The translations under genes were made by a program, and so were the position numbers. Of a DNA stretch of 64,000 bases, positions 9,538 through 20,321 are shown piece after piece. The notes under the pieces are model-generated. The model saw only the letters and a list, made by a program, of their open reading frames with translations. It did not search any database and had not been told where the DNA came from. The DNA is from Anaeromyxobacteraceae bacterium (GTDB taxonomy: Bacteria; Myxococcota; Myxococcia; Myxococcales; Anaeromyxobacteraceae): NCBI GenBank assembly GCA_035762305.1, contig DASTPH010000096.1:984-64983 (forward strand), given 5' to 3'. The first letter of the stretch is position 1. Every line of letters begins with the position of its first letter.

Positions 9538-10620
9538 ATGAGCCTGGCGCTGAAAGACGTCGAGCTGCGCGTGGGAGCGGAGACCCACGTCCACCCGACG
9601 CGCCTGGAGCTCTCGCCGGCCGGCTTCAACGTTCTGCTCGGGCCGACGCTCGCCGGGAAGACGACCCTCCTGCGGCTCATGGCGGGGCTGCTGCGTCCCA
9701 CCGCCGGCGAGGTCTGGTTCGGGGGGCGCGACGTCACCGGCGTGCCGGTGCGTCGTCGCCGCGTCGCCATGGTCTACCAGCAGTTCATCAACTACCCGCA
9801 CCTGTCGGTGTTCGACAACATCGCCTCGCCCCTGCACGTGGCGCGGGTGCCGGCCGCGGAGGTGCGTTCGCGCGTGAGCGGGATCGCGGAGCTGCTGCAG
9901 CTGGGCCCCCTCCTCGATCGGCGGCCCGGCCAGCTGTCCGGCGGCCAGCAGCAACGCGCCGCCCTGGCCCGCGCCCTGGTCAAGGACGCCGACCTGGTGC
10001 TGCTGGACGAGCCGCTCGCCAACCTCGACTACAAGCTCCGCGAGGGCCTGCGCGACGAGCTGCCGCGGCTCTTCGCGGATCGCCGCTGCACCGTGGTCTA
10101 CGCCACCACCGAGCCGGCGGAGGCGCTGCTGCTCGGGGGCCACACCGCCACCGTGCACGCGGGGCGCGTCACCCAGTTCGGCGCCACCGCCTCGGTGTAC
10201 CGGCACCCGGCGGACCTCACCACGGCTCGCGCCTTCTCCGATCCTCCTCTGAACACCGCCGCGGTGGCCAAGCTCGGCGACCGGATCGAGCTCGGCCGCG
10301 TCGCGACCTGGCGGGCGGACGGCGCCCTGGCCGGGCTGCCAGACGGCCAGTACACCTTCGGTCTCCGCCCGCACCACGTCCAGCCGGCCTCCGCCGGCGG
10401 GCCTCCGCGCGCAGTGGCGGTCGCCGGGCGCGTCTCCATCTCGGAGATCAGCGGCTCGGACAGCGTGGTCCATTTCGACCTGGACGGCGGCACCTGGGTC
10501 TCCCAGTCGCACGGGGTCAAGCGCTTCGACGTCGGCGAGACGGCGGGCTTCCGCCTCGACGTCGCACGCGGGATGTACTTCACCGCCGACGGCCGCTGTG
10601 TCAGCGCCGGCGGGAACTGA
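9538..10620 (+). CDS. ABC transporter ATP-binding protein (MalK/UgpC-like)
   Basis: Walker A GPTLAGKTTLL, signature LSGGQQQRAALARAL, Walker B LVLLDEPL, C-terminal regulatory/TOBE-like domain. Confidence 0.9.
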   Translation: MSLALKDVELRVGAETHVHPTRLELSPAGFNVLLGPTLAGKTTLLRLMAGLLRPTAGEVWFGGRDVTGVPVRRRRVAMVYQQFINYPHLSVFDNIASPLHVARVPAAEVRSRVSGIAELLQLGPLLDRRPGQLSGGQQQRAALARALVKDADLVLLDEPLANLDYKLREGLRDELPRLFADRRCTVVYATTEPAEALLLGGHTATVHAGRVTQFGATASVYRHPADLTTARAFSDPPLNTAAVAKLGDRIELGRVATWRADGALAGLPDGQYTFGLRPHHVQPASAGGPPRAVAVAGRVSISEISGSDSVVHFDLDGGTWVSQSHGVKRFDVGETAGFRLDVARGMYFTADGRCVSAGGN

Positions 10621-10631
10621 CGAGAGCGAGC

Positions 10632-12574
<1,943 letters not shown>

Positions 12575-12575
12575 G

Positions 12576-13376
12576 ATGAGACGCGTCGCCTGGCTGGTGC
12601 CGGCCCTGTACATCCTCTTCCTGCTGGTGCCCATCTACTGGCTGCTGAACATGTCGTTCAAGAACACCAACGAGATCCTGGGCTCGTTCACGCTGTGGCC
12701 CCGGGAGTTCACGCTCGCCAACTACCGCAAGATCTTCACCGACCCCACCTGGTACGGCGGCTACCTGAACTCGCTGGCCTACGTGGTGATGAACACCGTC
12801 ACCTCGGTGGCGGTGGCGCTCCCGGCGGCCTACGCCTTCTCGCGCTACCGCTTCCTCGGAGACAAGCACCTGTTCTTCTGGCTCCTCACCAACCGCATGG
12901 CTCCCCCGGCGGTGTTCGCGCTGCCGTTCTTCCAGCTCTACTCGGCCATCGGCCTGTTCGACACCCGCCTGGCGGTGGCGCTGGCGCACTGCCTGTTCAA
13001 CATCCCGCTGGCGGTGTGGATCCTGGAGGGCTTCATGTCGGGCGTGCCCAAGGAGCTCGACGAGACGGCCTTCATCGACGGCTACCCGTTCTGGCGCTTC
13101 TTCGTCCGCATCTTCGTCCCGACCATCGGCTCCGGCATCGGCGTGACGGCCTTCTTCTGCTTCATGTTCTCCTGGGTGGAGCTGCTACTGGCCAAGACCC
13201 TGACCGCGGTCGAGGCCAAGCCCATCGCCGCCACCATGACGCGCACCGCCAGCACCTCGGGGTACGAGCTCGGCCTGCTGGCCGCCGCCGGCGCGCTCAC
13301 CATCATCCCCGGCGCCGTCGTCATCTACTTCGTCCGCAACTACATCGCCAAGGGCTTCGCCCTCGGCCGGGTATGA
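12576..13376 (+). CDS. ABC transporter permease (MalG/UgpE-like)
   Basis: 266 aa. EAA-type loop LDETAFIDGYPFWRFFVRIFVP. Starts 1 nt after the previous stop. Confidence 0.85.
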   Translation: MRRVAWLVPALYILFLLVPIYWLLNMSFKNTNEILGSFTLWPREFTLANYRKIFTDPTWYGGYLNSLAYVVMNTVTSVAVALPAAYAFSRYRFLGDKHLFFWLLTNRMAPPAVFALPFFQLYSAIGLFDTRLAVALAHCLFNIPLAVWILEGFMSGVPKELDETAFIDGYPFWRFFVRIFVPTIGSGIGVTAFFCFMFSWVELLLAKTLTAVEAKPIAATMTRTASTSGYELGLLAAAGALTIIPGAVVIYFVRNYIAKGFALGRV

Positions 13377-13687
13377 CGGGAGCGGCCGCCGTGGCGGGAA
13401 CCACCACCGGGCTGGGCTGGATGGCGTGGACGTGGCAGACGGCCACCTTCTTCGCCCTCATCGGGCTGCTGCTGGCCGCCATGATGATCTGGGAATGGCG
13501 CTCGCCGGGAGGCGCACCCCGCCGGGGCGTGCTGCGCATCGTGACCACCCGCGGCGACCGGCTCTTCATCTCGCTGCTATCGGCGGCCTACCTGCACTTC
13601 GGCTGGATGGCGTTCCTGGATTGGCCGCTGTGGGGGGCGACCCTGGCCTCGGTCGCCCTGACGGTCCTGATCTTCCGACACGTCTGA
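13373..13687 (+). CDS. Small membrane protein, DUF2160-like accessory of glycerol-type ABC importers
   Basis: ATGA overlap with the permease stop. Hydrophobic WMAWTWQTATFFALIGLLLAAMMIW. An alternative start at ATG 13421 is possible. Confidence 0.6.
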   Translation: MTGAAAVAGTTTGLGWMAWTWQTATFFALIGLLLAAMMIWEWRSPGGAPRRGVLRIVTTRGDRLFISLLSAAYLHFGWMAFLDWPLWGATLASVALTVLIFRHV

Positions 13688-13701
13688 CGAGGGGACTGGC
13701 T

Positions 13702-14412
13702 CTAGCGCCGCGCCGCCTCGTCCAGCTTCTTCTGGGCCTTCTCCAGCCGTTCCAGGAAGGCCGGGTCGGAGAGCAGCTCGCGCGCCTGGGGCGACTCCAG
13801 CGCCGGGTCGCGCTCGCCGCTGGAGCGGGCCTGCTGGAGCAGCGACTGCACTCGCGGGTCCTCCAGCAGCGCCCGCATCTCGGCGTCGGAGTGCAGGCGC
13901 GCCGAGCCTCGCGGATCGCGGGCCGCCTTGAGGAGCCGCTTGAGCAGGCCGGCGGTGGGCGAGCGCCAGGTCTCGAACAGGTTGTGCTCCCGCGCCAGCG
14001 CCGCGAAGTCGGATCCGCGCGGGTCGACCGGTCCCACCGGACCGGTGAAGGCCAGCGCCGAGAGGATCACCCAGGCCACCAGCCCGGCCTTGGCGGCGCC
14101 CAGCAGGGCGCCCAGGGCCCGGTCGGCGGGCCGCCAGAACCGGCCCGCCCCCATCCAGCGGATGAGCAGGTGGGCGAAGAAGCCGGCCCCGAAGAGCACC
14201 CCGAAGAAGATGAGCAGCGCCGCCGCCACCCGCGAGATGGGCATGGGGATCCTGCCCCCCAGGCCGCCGGCCACGGCCGGAGCCGTGGCCCGCGCCACGG
14301 CGAAGCCGAGCACGGCCGCCGCCAGGAAGGCGAGCTGGCGCAGCGCCCCCCAGCCCGCCCCCGCCAGGGCGAGGAGCACCACCGCCCCCAGCACGGCCAG
14401 GTCCAGGCTCAC
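13702..14412 (-). CDS. CvpA-family membrane protein
   Basis: N-terminal 4 TM helices (LAVLGAVVLLALAGAGWG..., ALLIFFGVLFGAGFFAHLLIRW) with a soluble C-terminus. GTG start overlaps the J-protein stop (GTGA). Confidence 0.7.
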   Translation of the reverse strand: MSLDLAVLGAVVLLALAGAGWGALRQLAFLAAAVLGFAVARATAPAVAGGLGGRIPMPISRVAAALLIFFGVLFGAGFFAHLLIRWMGAGRFWRPADRALGALLGAAKAGLVAWVILSALAFTGPVGPVDPRGSDFAALAREHNLFETWRSPTAGLLKRLLKAARDPRGSARLHSDAEMRALLEDPRVQSLLQQARSSGERDPALESPQARELLSDPAFLERLEKAQKKLDEAARR

Positions 14413-14960
14413 CGGATCTTGAAGTCCACCTTGGGCCGGTTCTTCTCGACGAGCGCCATCTGCTCCTTGAACTTGGGGTTCTGGGGCTCGTACATGAGCG
14501 CCGACTTGAGGTTGCGCTCGGCCGCCTCCCAGCGGCCGGCCTGGATGTCGGCGAGCGCCGCGGCATAGAACTTCCGGCCGTTGGGGGTCAGGCCGAGCTG
14601 CTCCTCCACCTTCTTCTTCTGGGCGTCCTTCACCTCGGCCTCCTCCACCTCGGTGAAGCGCAGCTTCCGCTCGCGATCCGGCCCGGAGATGTCGGCCAGG
14701 TACTTCTTGCGCTTGGCGTCGTCGCGCAGGACCGTGTAGGCCTCGTTGATGCGCCGGTAGATGCGGCCGATCTGCTCGCGCACGGCCTCGTCCGGCAGGG
14801 CCGCGAAGCGGTCCGGGTGGTAGGCCCGCGACTCGCGGTGGTAGGCGGCCCTGACATCCGCCATCCCGGCGCTCTGGGGGAGCTTCAGGACCCCGAAGTA
14901 GTCGAGCTGGTCCAGGGCCTGGGACAGGGCCTCGACCTCGGCGCGAAACTCCGGCTCCAT
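14409..14960 (-). CDS. J-domain (DnaJ-like) co-chaperone, short form
   Basis: DYFGVLKLPQSAGMADVRAAYHRESRAYHPDRF includes the HPD tripeptide. No G/F region or zinc finger; TPR-like C-terminus. Confidence 0.85.
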   Translation of the reverse strand: MEPEFRAEVEALSQALDQLDYFGVLKLPQSAGMADVRAAYHRESRAYHPDRFAALPDEAVREQIGRIYRRINEAYTVLRDDAKRKKYLADISGPDRERKLRFTEVEEAEVKDAQKKKVEEQLGLTPNGRKFYAAALADIQAGRWEAAERNLKSALMYEPQNPKFKEQMALVEKNRPKVDFKIR

Positions 14961-15030
14961 GACCCCGATCCCTTACCCCATCGGCGGGGGGCGGAAAAGG
15001 GGCGCCGGGCGCCGGCGGGAAGGGCCCGCC

Positions 15031-16629
15031 TCAGGCGGCTCGGCCGGCCAGCTCCATCTCGGCGTTCTTGTCGATGGCCTGCAGGATGTCGGCCTCGGAC
15101 AGGCCGGAGCTCAGGTTGATGGTGGTGGAGGCCTTCTGCCTGGTCTCCAGGTCCATCGCCGAGACGTTGACGATGCCGTTGGAGTCGATCTCGAAGGTGA
15201 CCTGGATCTGCACCTCGCCGCGGTAGGCGATGCGGAAGCCGGTGAACTCGAACTCGCCCAGCAGCTCGCACTCCTCGGCGCGCTTGGACTCGCCCTGGTA
15301 GACGCGGATCAGGACCCGGTCCTGCCCGTCGCGGCTGGTGGTGAAGGTCTTGGACTTCTCGATGGGGATGGGGGTGTTCTTGTCGATGATGGGCTCGGCG
15401 TAGCCGCCCACCGTGCCCACCCGCAGCGTGAGCGGCGTCACGTCCAGGAGGTAGCTCGCCTGCCCCCTGGCCGCCGCGTCGCGGTTGAGCAGGGCGCTGG
15501 CCTGGATGCTGGCCCCGAGCGCCACCACCTCGTCGGGGTCGATGCCGACCATGGGGTCCTTCTGGAAGTAGTGCTTGACGCTCTGGCGGATGATGGGGAG
15601 CCGGGTGGGCCCGCCCACTAGGATCACGGCGTCGATGTCGCCGGCGGTGAGGCGGGCCGACTGCAGCGCCTCGTCGCACACCTTGAAGGTCCGCTGCACC
15701 AGGTCCATCACCATCTTGTTGAAGTGGTCGGCGGAGAGCTTCATCTCCAGATTGAGCACCTCCCCTTCCGGCGACTGGCACACGCCGGGCACGCTGATGG
15801 CGGCGGCGCCGAACTGGCCCACGTCGATCTTGGCCTTCTCCCCGGCCTCCTTGAGCATCTGCAGGCAGAACTTGTTCTGGCGGAGGTCCAGGCCGTGCTT
15901 GTGAAGGAAGTCGTCGGCCAGCCAGGTCATGATCCGGTCGTCGAAGTCGTCGCCGCCGAGGTAGGTGTCGCCGGCGGTGGAGATGACCTCGAACACGTCG
16001 GTGCCGATCTCCAGGATGGAGACGTCGAAGGTGCCGCCGCCCAGGTCGTAGACGCAGATCTTCTGCTTGATGTCCTTGCCGAAGCCGTAGGCCAGCGCCG
16101 CGGCGGTGGGCTCGTTGATGATGCGCAGCACGTCCAGGCCGGCGATGCGCCCAGCGTCCTTGGTGGCCTGGCGCTGGTTGTCGTTGAAGTAGGCGGGGCA
16201 GGTCACCACCGCCTTCTTCACCTCGCGGCCCAGGGCGGTCTCGGCGATGGCCTTCATCTCCTTCAGCACCAGCGCCGAGATCTCCGGCACGGCGAAGATC
16301 TTCTGCCCCACCTGGAGCCGGACCGAGTTGTTCGGGCCCTCCACGATCTTGTAGGGCATCACCGCCTGGGCCTTCTTCACCTCGTCGGAGAAATAGAAGC
16401 GGCCGATGAGGCGCTTGGCCGAGTAGACGGTGTTTTCGGCGTTGGTGATGATGTTCTTCTTGGCGTTGTTGCCGACCAGGACCGTGGCGTCCTCCAGGAA
16501 GCTCACCACCGAGGCGTGGGTGCGCTCGCCCCACTCGTTCGGCAGCACCTGGGGTTGGCCGTCCTGCATGCAGGCGACGGCGCTGTAGCTCGTGCCGAGG
16601 TCGATCCCCACCGCCAAGTCGTCGTTCAT
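15031..16629 (-). CDS. Hsp70-family ATPase (DnaK paralogue, 532 aa)
   Basis: Motifs [31 protein letters not shown]. The substrate-binding beta-domain is present but the C-terminal lid is short compared with canonical DnaK. Confidence 0.9.
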   Translation of the reverse strand: MNDDLAVGIDLGTSYSAVACMQDGQPQVLPNEWGERTHASVVSFLEDATVLVGNNAKKNIITNAENTVYSAKRLIGRFYFSDEVKKAQAVMPYKIVEGPNNSVRLQVGQKIFAVPEISALVLKEMKAIAETALGREVKKAVVTCPAYFNDNQRQATKDAGRIAGLDVLRIINEPTAAALAYGFGKDIKQKICVYDLGGGTFDVSILEIGTDVFEVISTAGDTYLGGDDFDDRIMTWLADDFLHKHGLDLRQNKFCLQMLKEAGEKAKIDVGQFGAAAISVPGVCQSPEGEVLNLEMKLSADHFNKMVMDLVQRTFKVCDEALQSARLTAGDIDAVILVGGPTRLPIIRQSVKHYFQKDPMVGIDPDEVVALGASIQASALLNRDAAARGQASYLLDVTPLTLRVGTVGGYAEPIIDKNTPIPIEKSKTFTTSRDGQDRVLIRVYQGESKRAEECELLGEFEFTGFRIAYRGEVQIQVTFEIDSNGIVNVSAMDLETRQKASTTINLSSGLSEADILQAIDKNAEMELAGRAA

Positions 16630-16828
16630 CCCTTTTTCCTGGGAGGTTCCGCCGGGTTGAGCCCGATCCTATCGACCGTTCCGCCGGGCTGTCAAACCCG
16701 GGGCCGAAGGGGCATTGAAGACGCGGCCTTGCGGCCCCGTCCGGATGAAAAGGGTCGGACCCCGGTTATAAGATCGACCGGTCGGCCGCCCCGCGTCGAG
16801 TGGTCGGGTTTCACGGGAGTCGAGGGAC

Positions 16829-17671
16829 ATGGGTGCTCTGGTCGCCTTGATGCAGAACGACCCCAACCTCATGGCGTGCCAAGTGGCTCGCCTGCGGGAT
16901 CTGGTGACGTTGCAGGAGGGCGAGCGCCGCCCGGACGCCTACGGCTTCGGCTCCTACGGCGCTGGCGACGTGCTGCTCGGCAAGCGCCCCAGCGGCGCCC
17001 CGGCCCCGTTGGGGCTGGGCGAGCTGGTGGGGGCGGTGGAGGGCGAGGCCCTGGTGGTCCACGCCCGCACCGCCACGGTGGGGAACCTCAAGGACGAGAA
17101 CACCCACCCCTTCCGCTTCCGCCGCTGGCTCTTCGCCCACGACGGCACGGTCGAGGGCTGGGAGCAGGTGAAGCCCCGGCTCCTGCCGGCCCTCCCCGAC
17201 TTCCTGCGCCGCTCCATCCAGGGTGAGACCGACTCCGAGCACGTCTTCACCTGGTTCTTGAAGCTGCTGCGGGACCAGGGCCACCTCGACAGCCTGGACC
17301 TCCCGGCCGCCGCCGCCGTCCAGGCCCTGGGCCGCACCGTGCGCCAGCTCGACGCCTGGTGCCGCGAGGTGGGGGCACAGCGCCAGAGTGCCATGAACCT
17401 GGTGGCCACCAACGGCCGGGTGCTGGTGGCCACCCGCCGCGGCCGGCCGCTGCACTACGCCCTGCTGGAGGGCATCGTCCCCTGCCCCGGCCACGGACTG
17501 GAGGCCTCGACGCCCGAGAACGACCCGCGGCTGCGCCCGCACCGGGCCGTCAAGGCGGTGTGCTTCGCCACCCTGCTGGCCCAGCCCAACGGCTTCATCG
17601 AGGTGCCGGAGGGGAGCGCGGTGGCGGTGAGCCGGACGCTGCAGGTCACCGTCTCGGCGTTGAATCACTGA
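16829..17671 (+). CDS. Class-II (Ntn) glutamine amidotransferase-like protein lacking the Cys2 nucleophile
   Basis: VHARTATVGNLKDENTHPFRFRRWLFAHDGTVEG matches the YafJ-type GATase-2 core. The N-terminus is MGALVA (Gly where Cys is expected). Confidence 0.65.
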   Translation: MGALVALMQNDPNLMACQVARLRDLVTLQEGERRPDAYGFGSYGAGDVLLGKRPSGAPAPLGLGELVGAVEGEALVVHARTATVGNLKDENTHPFRFRRWLFAHDGTVEGWEQVKPRLLPALPDFLRRSIQGETDSEHVFTWFLKLLRDQGHLDSLDLPAAAAVQALGRTVRQLDAWCREVGAQRQSAMNLVATNGRVLVATRRGRPLHYALLEGIVPCPGHGLEASTPENDPRLRPHRAVKAVCFATLLAQPNGFIEVPEGSAVAVSRTLQVTVSALNH

Positions 17672-17695
17672 TGGCCGATCACCCGGGTCGAGCCC

Positions 17696-17750
17696 CGGCG
17701 GGGGACGAGCCCCCGCCCTACGGACCGTAGGGCGGGCCCTTGCGGCCCGG
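17696..17750. repeat. Palindromic GTAGGGCGGG unit (REP-like) between convergent genes
   Basis: cccgccctac-ggacc-gtagggcggg forms a 10-bp stem. The 21-mer ggggacgagcccccgccctac (17701-17721) is the exact reverse complement of 48864-48884. Confidence 0.7.
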
Positions 17751-17794
17751 CGCGGCCGTCGGATCCACGCGAGAGGCTTTCGCGCCGCGCAGCG

Positions 17795-18844
17795 CTAGAC
17801 GATCGCCCACGGCCGGGGGCGGAAGATCTCGTCCCAGGTGCCCAGGGCGAAGCGGTCGGTCATGCCGGAGATGAAGTCGGCGACCGCCCGCACCGGCGGC
17901 TCCCCCGGCCGCGGCGCCACTCCGTAGCGCGCCTCCAGCCGGCCCGGGTCCTCCAGGCACCATCCGAAGAGGTCCCGCAGGATGCGCTGGGCCTTCTCGA
18001 ACTCGTCGTGCACGACCGGGTTCTCGTAGACGCGGGCGTAGAGGAAGTCGCGCAGCGCCAGCAGCGCCTGGTGGACGGCGTCGCTCATGACGATGTGGCC
18101 GCCGCCGTCCACGTCCGAGGCGGTGATGACGTCGTGGATCAGGGTCGCGAAGCGCTGCGAGTGCCCCGGTCCCAGGGTGCGGCGGATGTCGGCCGGAACG
18201 TCCTCCTCCCGGAGCAGCCCGCCGCGGACGGCGTCGTCCAGGTCGTGGTTCACGTAGGCGACGATGTCCGCCAGGCGCACCACCTCGGCCTCCAGGGTGA
18301 GGGCCTTCTCGCCGCTCCCCTTCATGAGCACGGTCCCCTTGCCCTTGGAGTGGCGCAGGATGCCGTCGCGCACCTCCCGGGTGAGGTTCAGCCCCTGGCC
18401 ATCCCGCTCCAGCACCTCCACCACCCTGAGCGACTGCATGACGTGGTGGAACCCGCCCGGGACCACCTCCGACAGCAGGCGCTCGCCGGCGTGGCCGAAG
18501 GGCGTGTGCCCGAGGTCGTGCCCCATCACCATGGCCTCGACCAGCATCTCGTTGAGCCGGAGCGCCCGGGCGATGGAGCGGCCCACCTGGGCCACCTCCA
18601 GCGTGTGGGTCATGCGGTTGCGGTAGTGGTCGCCGCGCGGAGCCAGGAACACCTGGGTCTTGCCCGCCAGGCGGCGGAAGGCCTTGGAATGGAGGAGGCG
18701 GTCGCGATCGCGCTGGAAGACGGGGCGCTCGTCGTCGGCGGGCTCGGGGCGCTCGCGGCCGAGGCTCCTCGCCGAGAAGGCCGCGCGCGGGTGCAGCGTG
18801 CGCGACTCCTGCTCCTCCAGCATCTCGCGGATGGTGCCTCGCAT
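17795..18844 (-). CDS. dGTP triphosphohydrolase-like HD-domain protein
   Basis: Motifs RMTHTLEVAQVGRSIA, GHDLGHTPFGHAGE, VNHDLDDA. Confidence 0.85.
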   Translation of the reverse strand: MRGTIREMLEEQESRTLHPRAAFSARSLGRERPEPADDERPVFQRDRDRLLHSKAFRRLAGKTQVFLAPRGDHYRNRMTHTLEVAQVGRSIARALRLNEMLVEAMVMGHDLGHTPFGHAGERLLSEVVPGGFHHVMQSLRVVEVLERDGQGLNLTREVRDGILRHSKGKGTVLMKGSGEKALTLEAEVVRLADIVAYVNHDLDDAVRGGLLREEDVPADIRRTLGPGHSQRFATLIHDVITASDVDGGGHIVMSDAVHQALLALRDFLYARVYENPVVHDEFEKAQRILRDLFGWCLEDPGRLEARYGVAPRPGEPPVRAVADFISGMTDRFALGTWDEIFRPRPWAIV

Positions 18845-18910
18845 GGCCGTCTTCTAGCGCGGCGGCGGACGGATGTCAGGCCCGGTCGTTCCCCGGCGTC
18901 CCGGTCTCGC

Positions 18911-18959
18911 GCGGGGCCGACGGCGCGGACGCACCGTACCTCGGCGAGGCCCGGGCGGT
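18911..18959. repeat. 49-bp direct repeat, copy 1 (copy 2 at 19207-19255)
   Basis: gcggggccgacggcgcggacgcaccgtacctcggcgaggcccgggcggt recurs at 19207-19255 with 2 mismatches. Confidence 0.8.
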
Positions 18960-18962
18960 TCC

Positions 18963-19197
18963 CGGCGTCCCGGTCTCGCCTCCGGCGGCTGGTCCTCGCT
19001 CGCGACCAGGGCAGTCAGGGCCGCGCGGGGGCGGGGACCTCTCGGCGGCTCGCAAACGGCGGTCGCGCATCACGCCGACCGCGCGGAACGTTGGCGCTCC
19101 GCGCCGGTTGTTCGCCGCGAGCGCGGCATCGGGGCCGCGCGCTTCCGGGCCGCCTCGGCTCGCTGCGGAGGCCGCCTCCGTCGAGACCGGGACGCCG
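18963..19197. repeat. IR-bounded ~235-bp intergenic repeat, copy B
   Basis: 16-bp terminal inverted repeat: cggcgtcccggtctcg (18963-18978) and cgagaccgggacgccg (19182-19197). The core aligns along its length with 27199-27400. Confidence 0.75.
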
Positions 19198-19580
19198 AAG
19201 GCGGGCGCGGGGCCGACGGCGCGGATGCGCCGTACCTCGGCGAGGCCCGGGCGGTCCGGGCGCTCGATGGGATCGTCGCCGGCGGCCACGGCCCGCTTGA
19301 GGCCGCCTCCGCAGCGCCACGCTCGGAGACCCCGAACCAGAGCGCCGGGGCCTCGCTCCGCCGGCGCTTCCCCGCAGCCGCCCGAGGAGGCGGTGGAAGC
19401 GGCGCCGCGCCGATGGGCCCGATGTCGCGACGGCGAACACGCGCCGGGAACGCGACCAGGAAAGCACGGGACGAGTCCCGCCTTTCGCCGCCGCGCCACG
19501 AGCACCGCGGGCGCGGTGCCGCCATGGACGCCACGTGGCGGCGAGGACACGCGCCGGCGGAGCGAGGCCCGGCGCGACCC

Positions 19581-20321
19581 TCACCGCCCGTAGAAGCTGG
19601 CCTCCAGCACCGCCAGGAAGAGGTTCGAGAGGGCGTGCACCAGCACCGGCGCGGCCAGGTCGCCGCTGCGGGCCCGGAGCCACCCGAAGAGCAGGCCGGG
19701 GAAGAAGGTGCCCAGGCGCCAGGGCTGGAGACGGACCAGGTGCCCCAGGGCGAACAGCGCCTGGGTGGCGAGGAAGCCGCGCCCCAGGTCGGCTCCGAGC
19801 AGGCGGACCCTCCGCGACGGGTCGCTCGCCGCCCACGAGGTCTGCATCCATCCCCGGTAGAAGAGCTCCTCCGGGAGCGCCACCACCAGCAGCTGGCTCA
19901 GGGCCAGGAGCCCGAAGCCGTCGGGGAGGCGCAGGCGCGGCCCCGCCGGCGGCCCGTAGGGCGCGAGGAGCCGGGCCCATCCCGGGGGCAGCTCCGGGAG
20001 GAGGCGCGAGAAGGCGGCGAAGCCGAGGACGAAGAGCGGGAACACCACCGCGCACACCCCGAGGGCCCAGAGCGCGCCCCGCCCCCAGGCCCGCCAGGTG
20101 CGCCCGTCCCGGACGCCCCACCAGGGCAGGCCGTAGCGCTCCCAGCGCTCGCCGCGGGCGCGCAGACGGCGGTCGGGGAGCACCACGAAGAGCAGGGCCG
20201 CCACGCCGGCCAGGTTCCCGCGCAGGAGCCCGGTCGGCTCGACGAGCGAGACGGCGCTGGCGGCCGCCAGGAGCCCGACGGCCGCGGCCCAGGTGGCGAG
20301 GAGCGCGCGGGGGGCGTCCAC
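19581..20321 (-). CDS. CPBP-family intramembrane glutamic endopeptidase (CAAX protease-like)
   Basis: All three CPBP motifs are present: PEELFYRGW (EExxxR), ALFALGHL (FxxxH), HALSN (HxxxN). Polytopic; GTG start. Confidence 0.85.
   Translation of the reverse strand: MDAPRALLATWAAAVGLLAAASAVSLVEPTGLLRGNLAGVAALLFVVLPDRRLRARGERWERYGLPWWGVRDGRTWRAWGRGALWALGVCAVVFPLFVLGFAAFSRLLPELPPGWARLLAPYGPPAGPRLRLPDGFGLLALSQLLVVALPEELFYRGWMQTSWAASDPSRRVRLLGADLGRGFLATQALFALGHLVRLQPWRLGTFFPGLLFGWLRARSGDLAAPVLVHALSNLFLAVLEASFYGR

Noticed and set aside
18845-19580. CRISPR or coding gene in the 736-bp spacer
   Set aside because: There are only two copies of each direct repeat, with a shared rather than unique interior. 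All ORFs there (for example 18873..20597 and 19015..20121) are R/G/P/A artefacts overlapping the CPBP gene.
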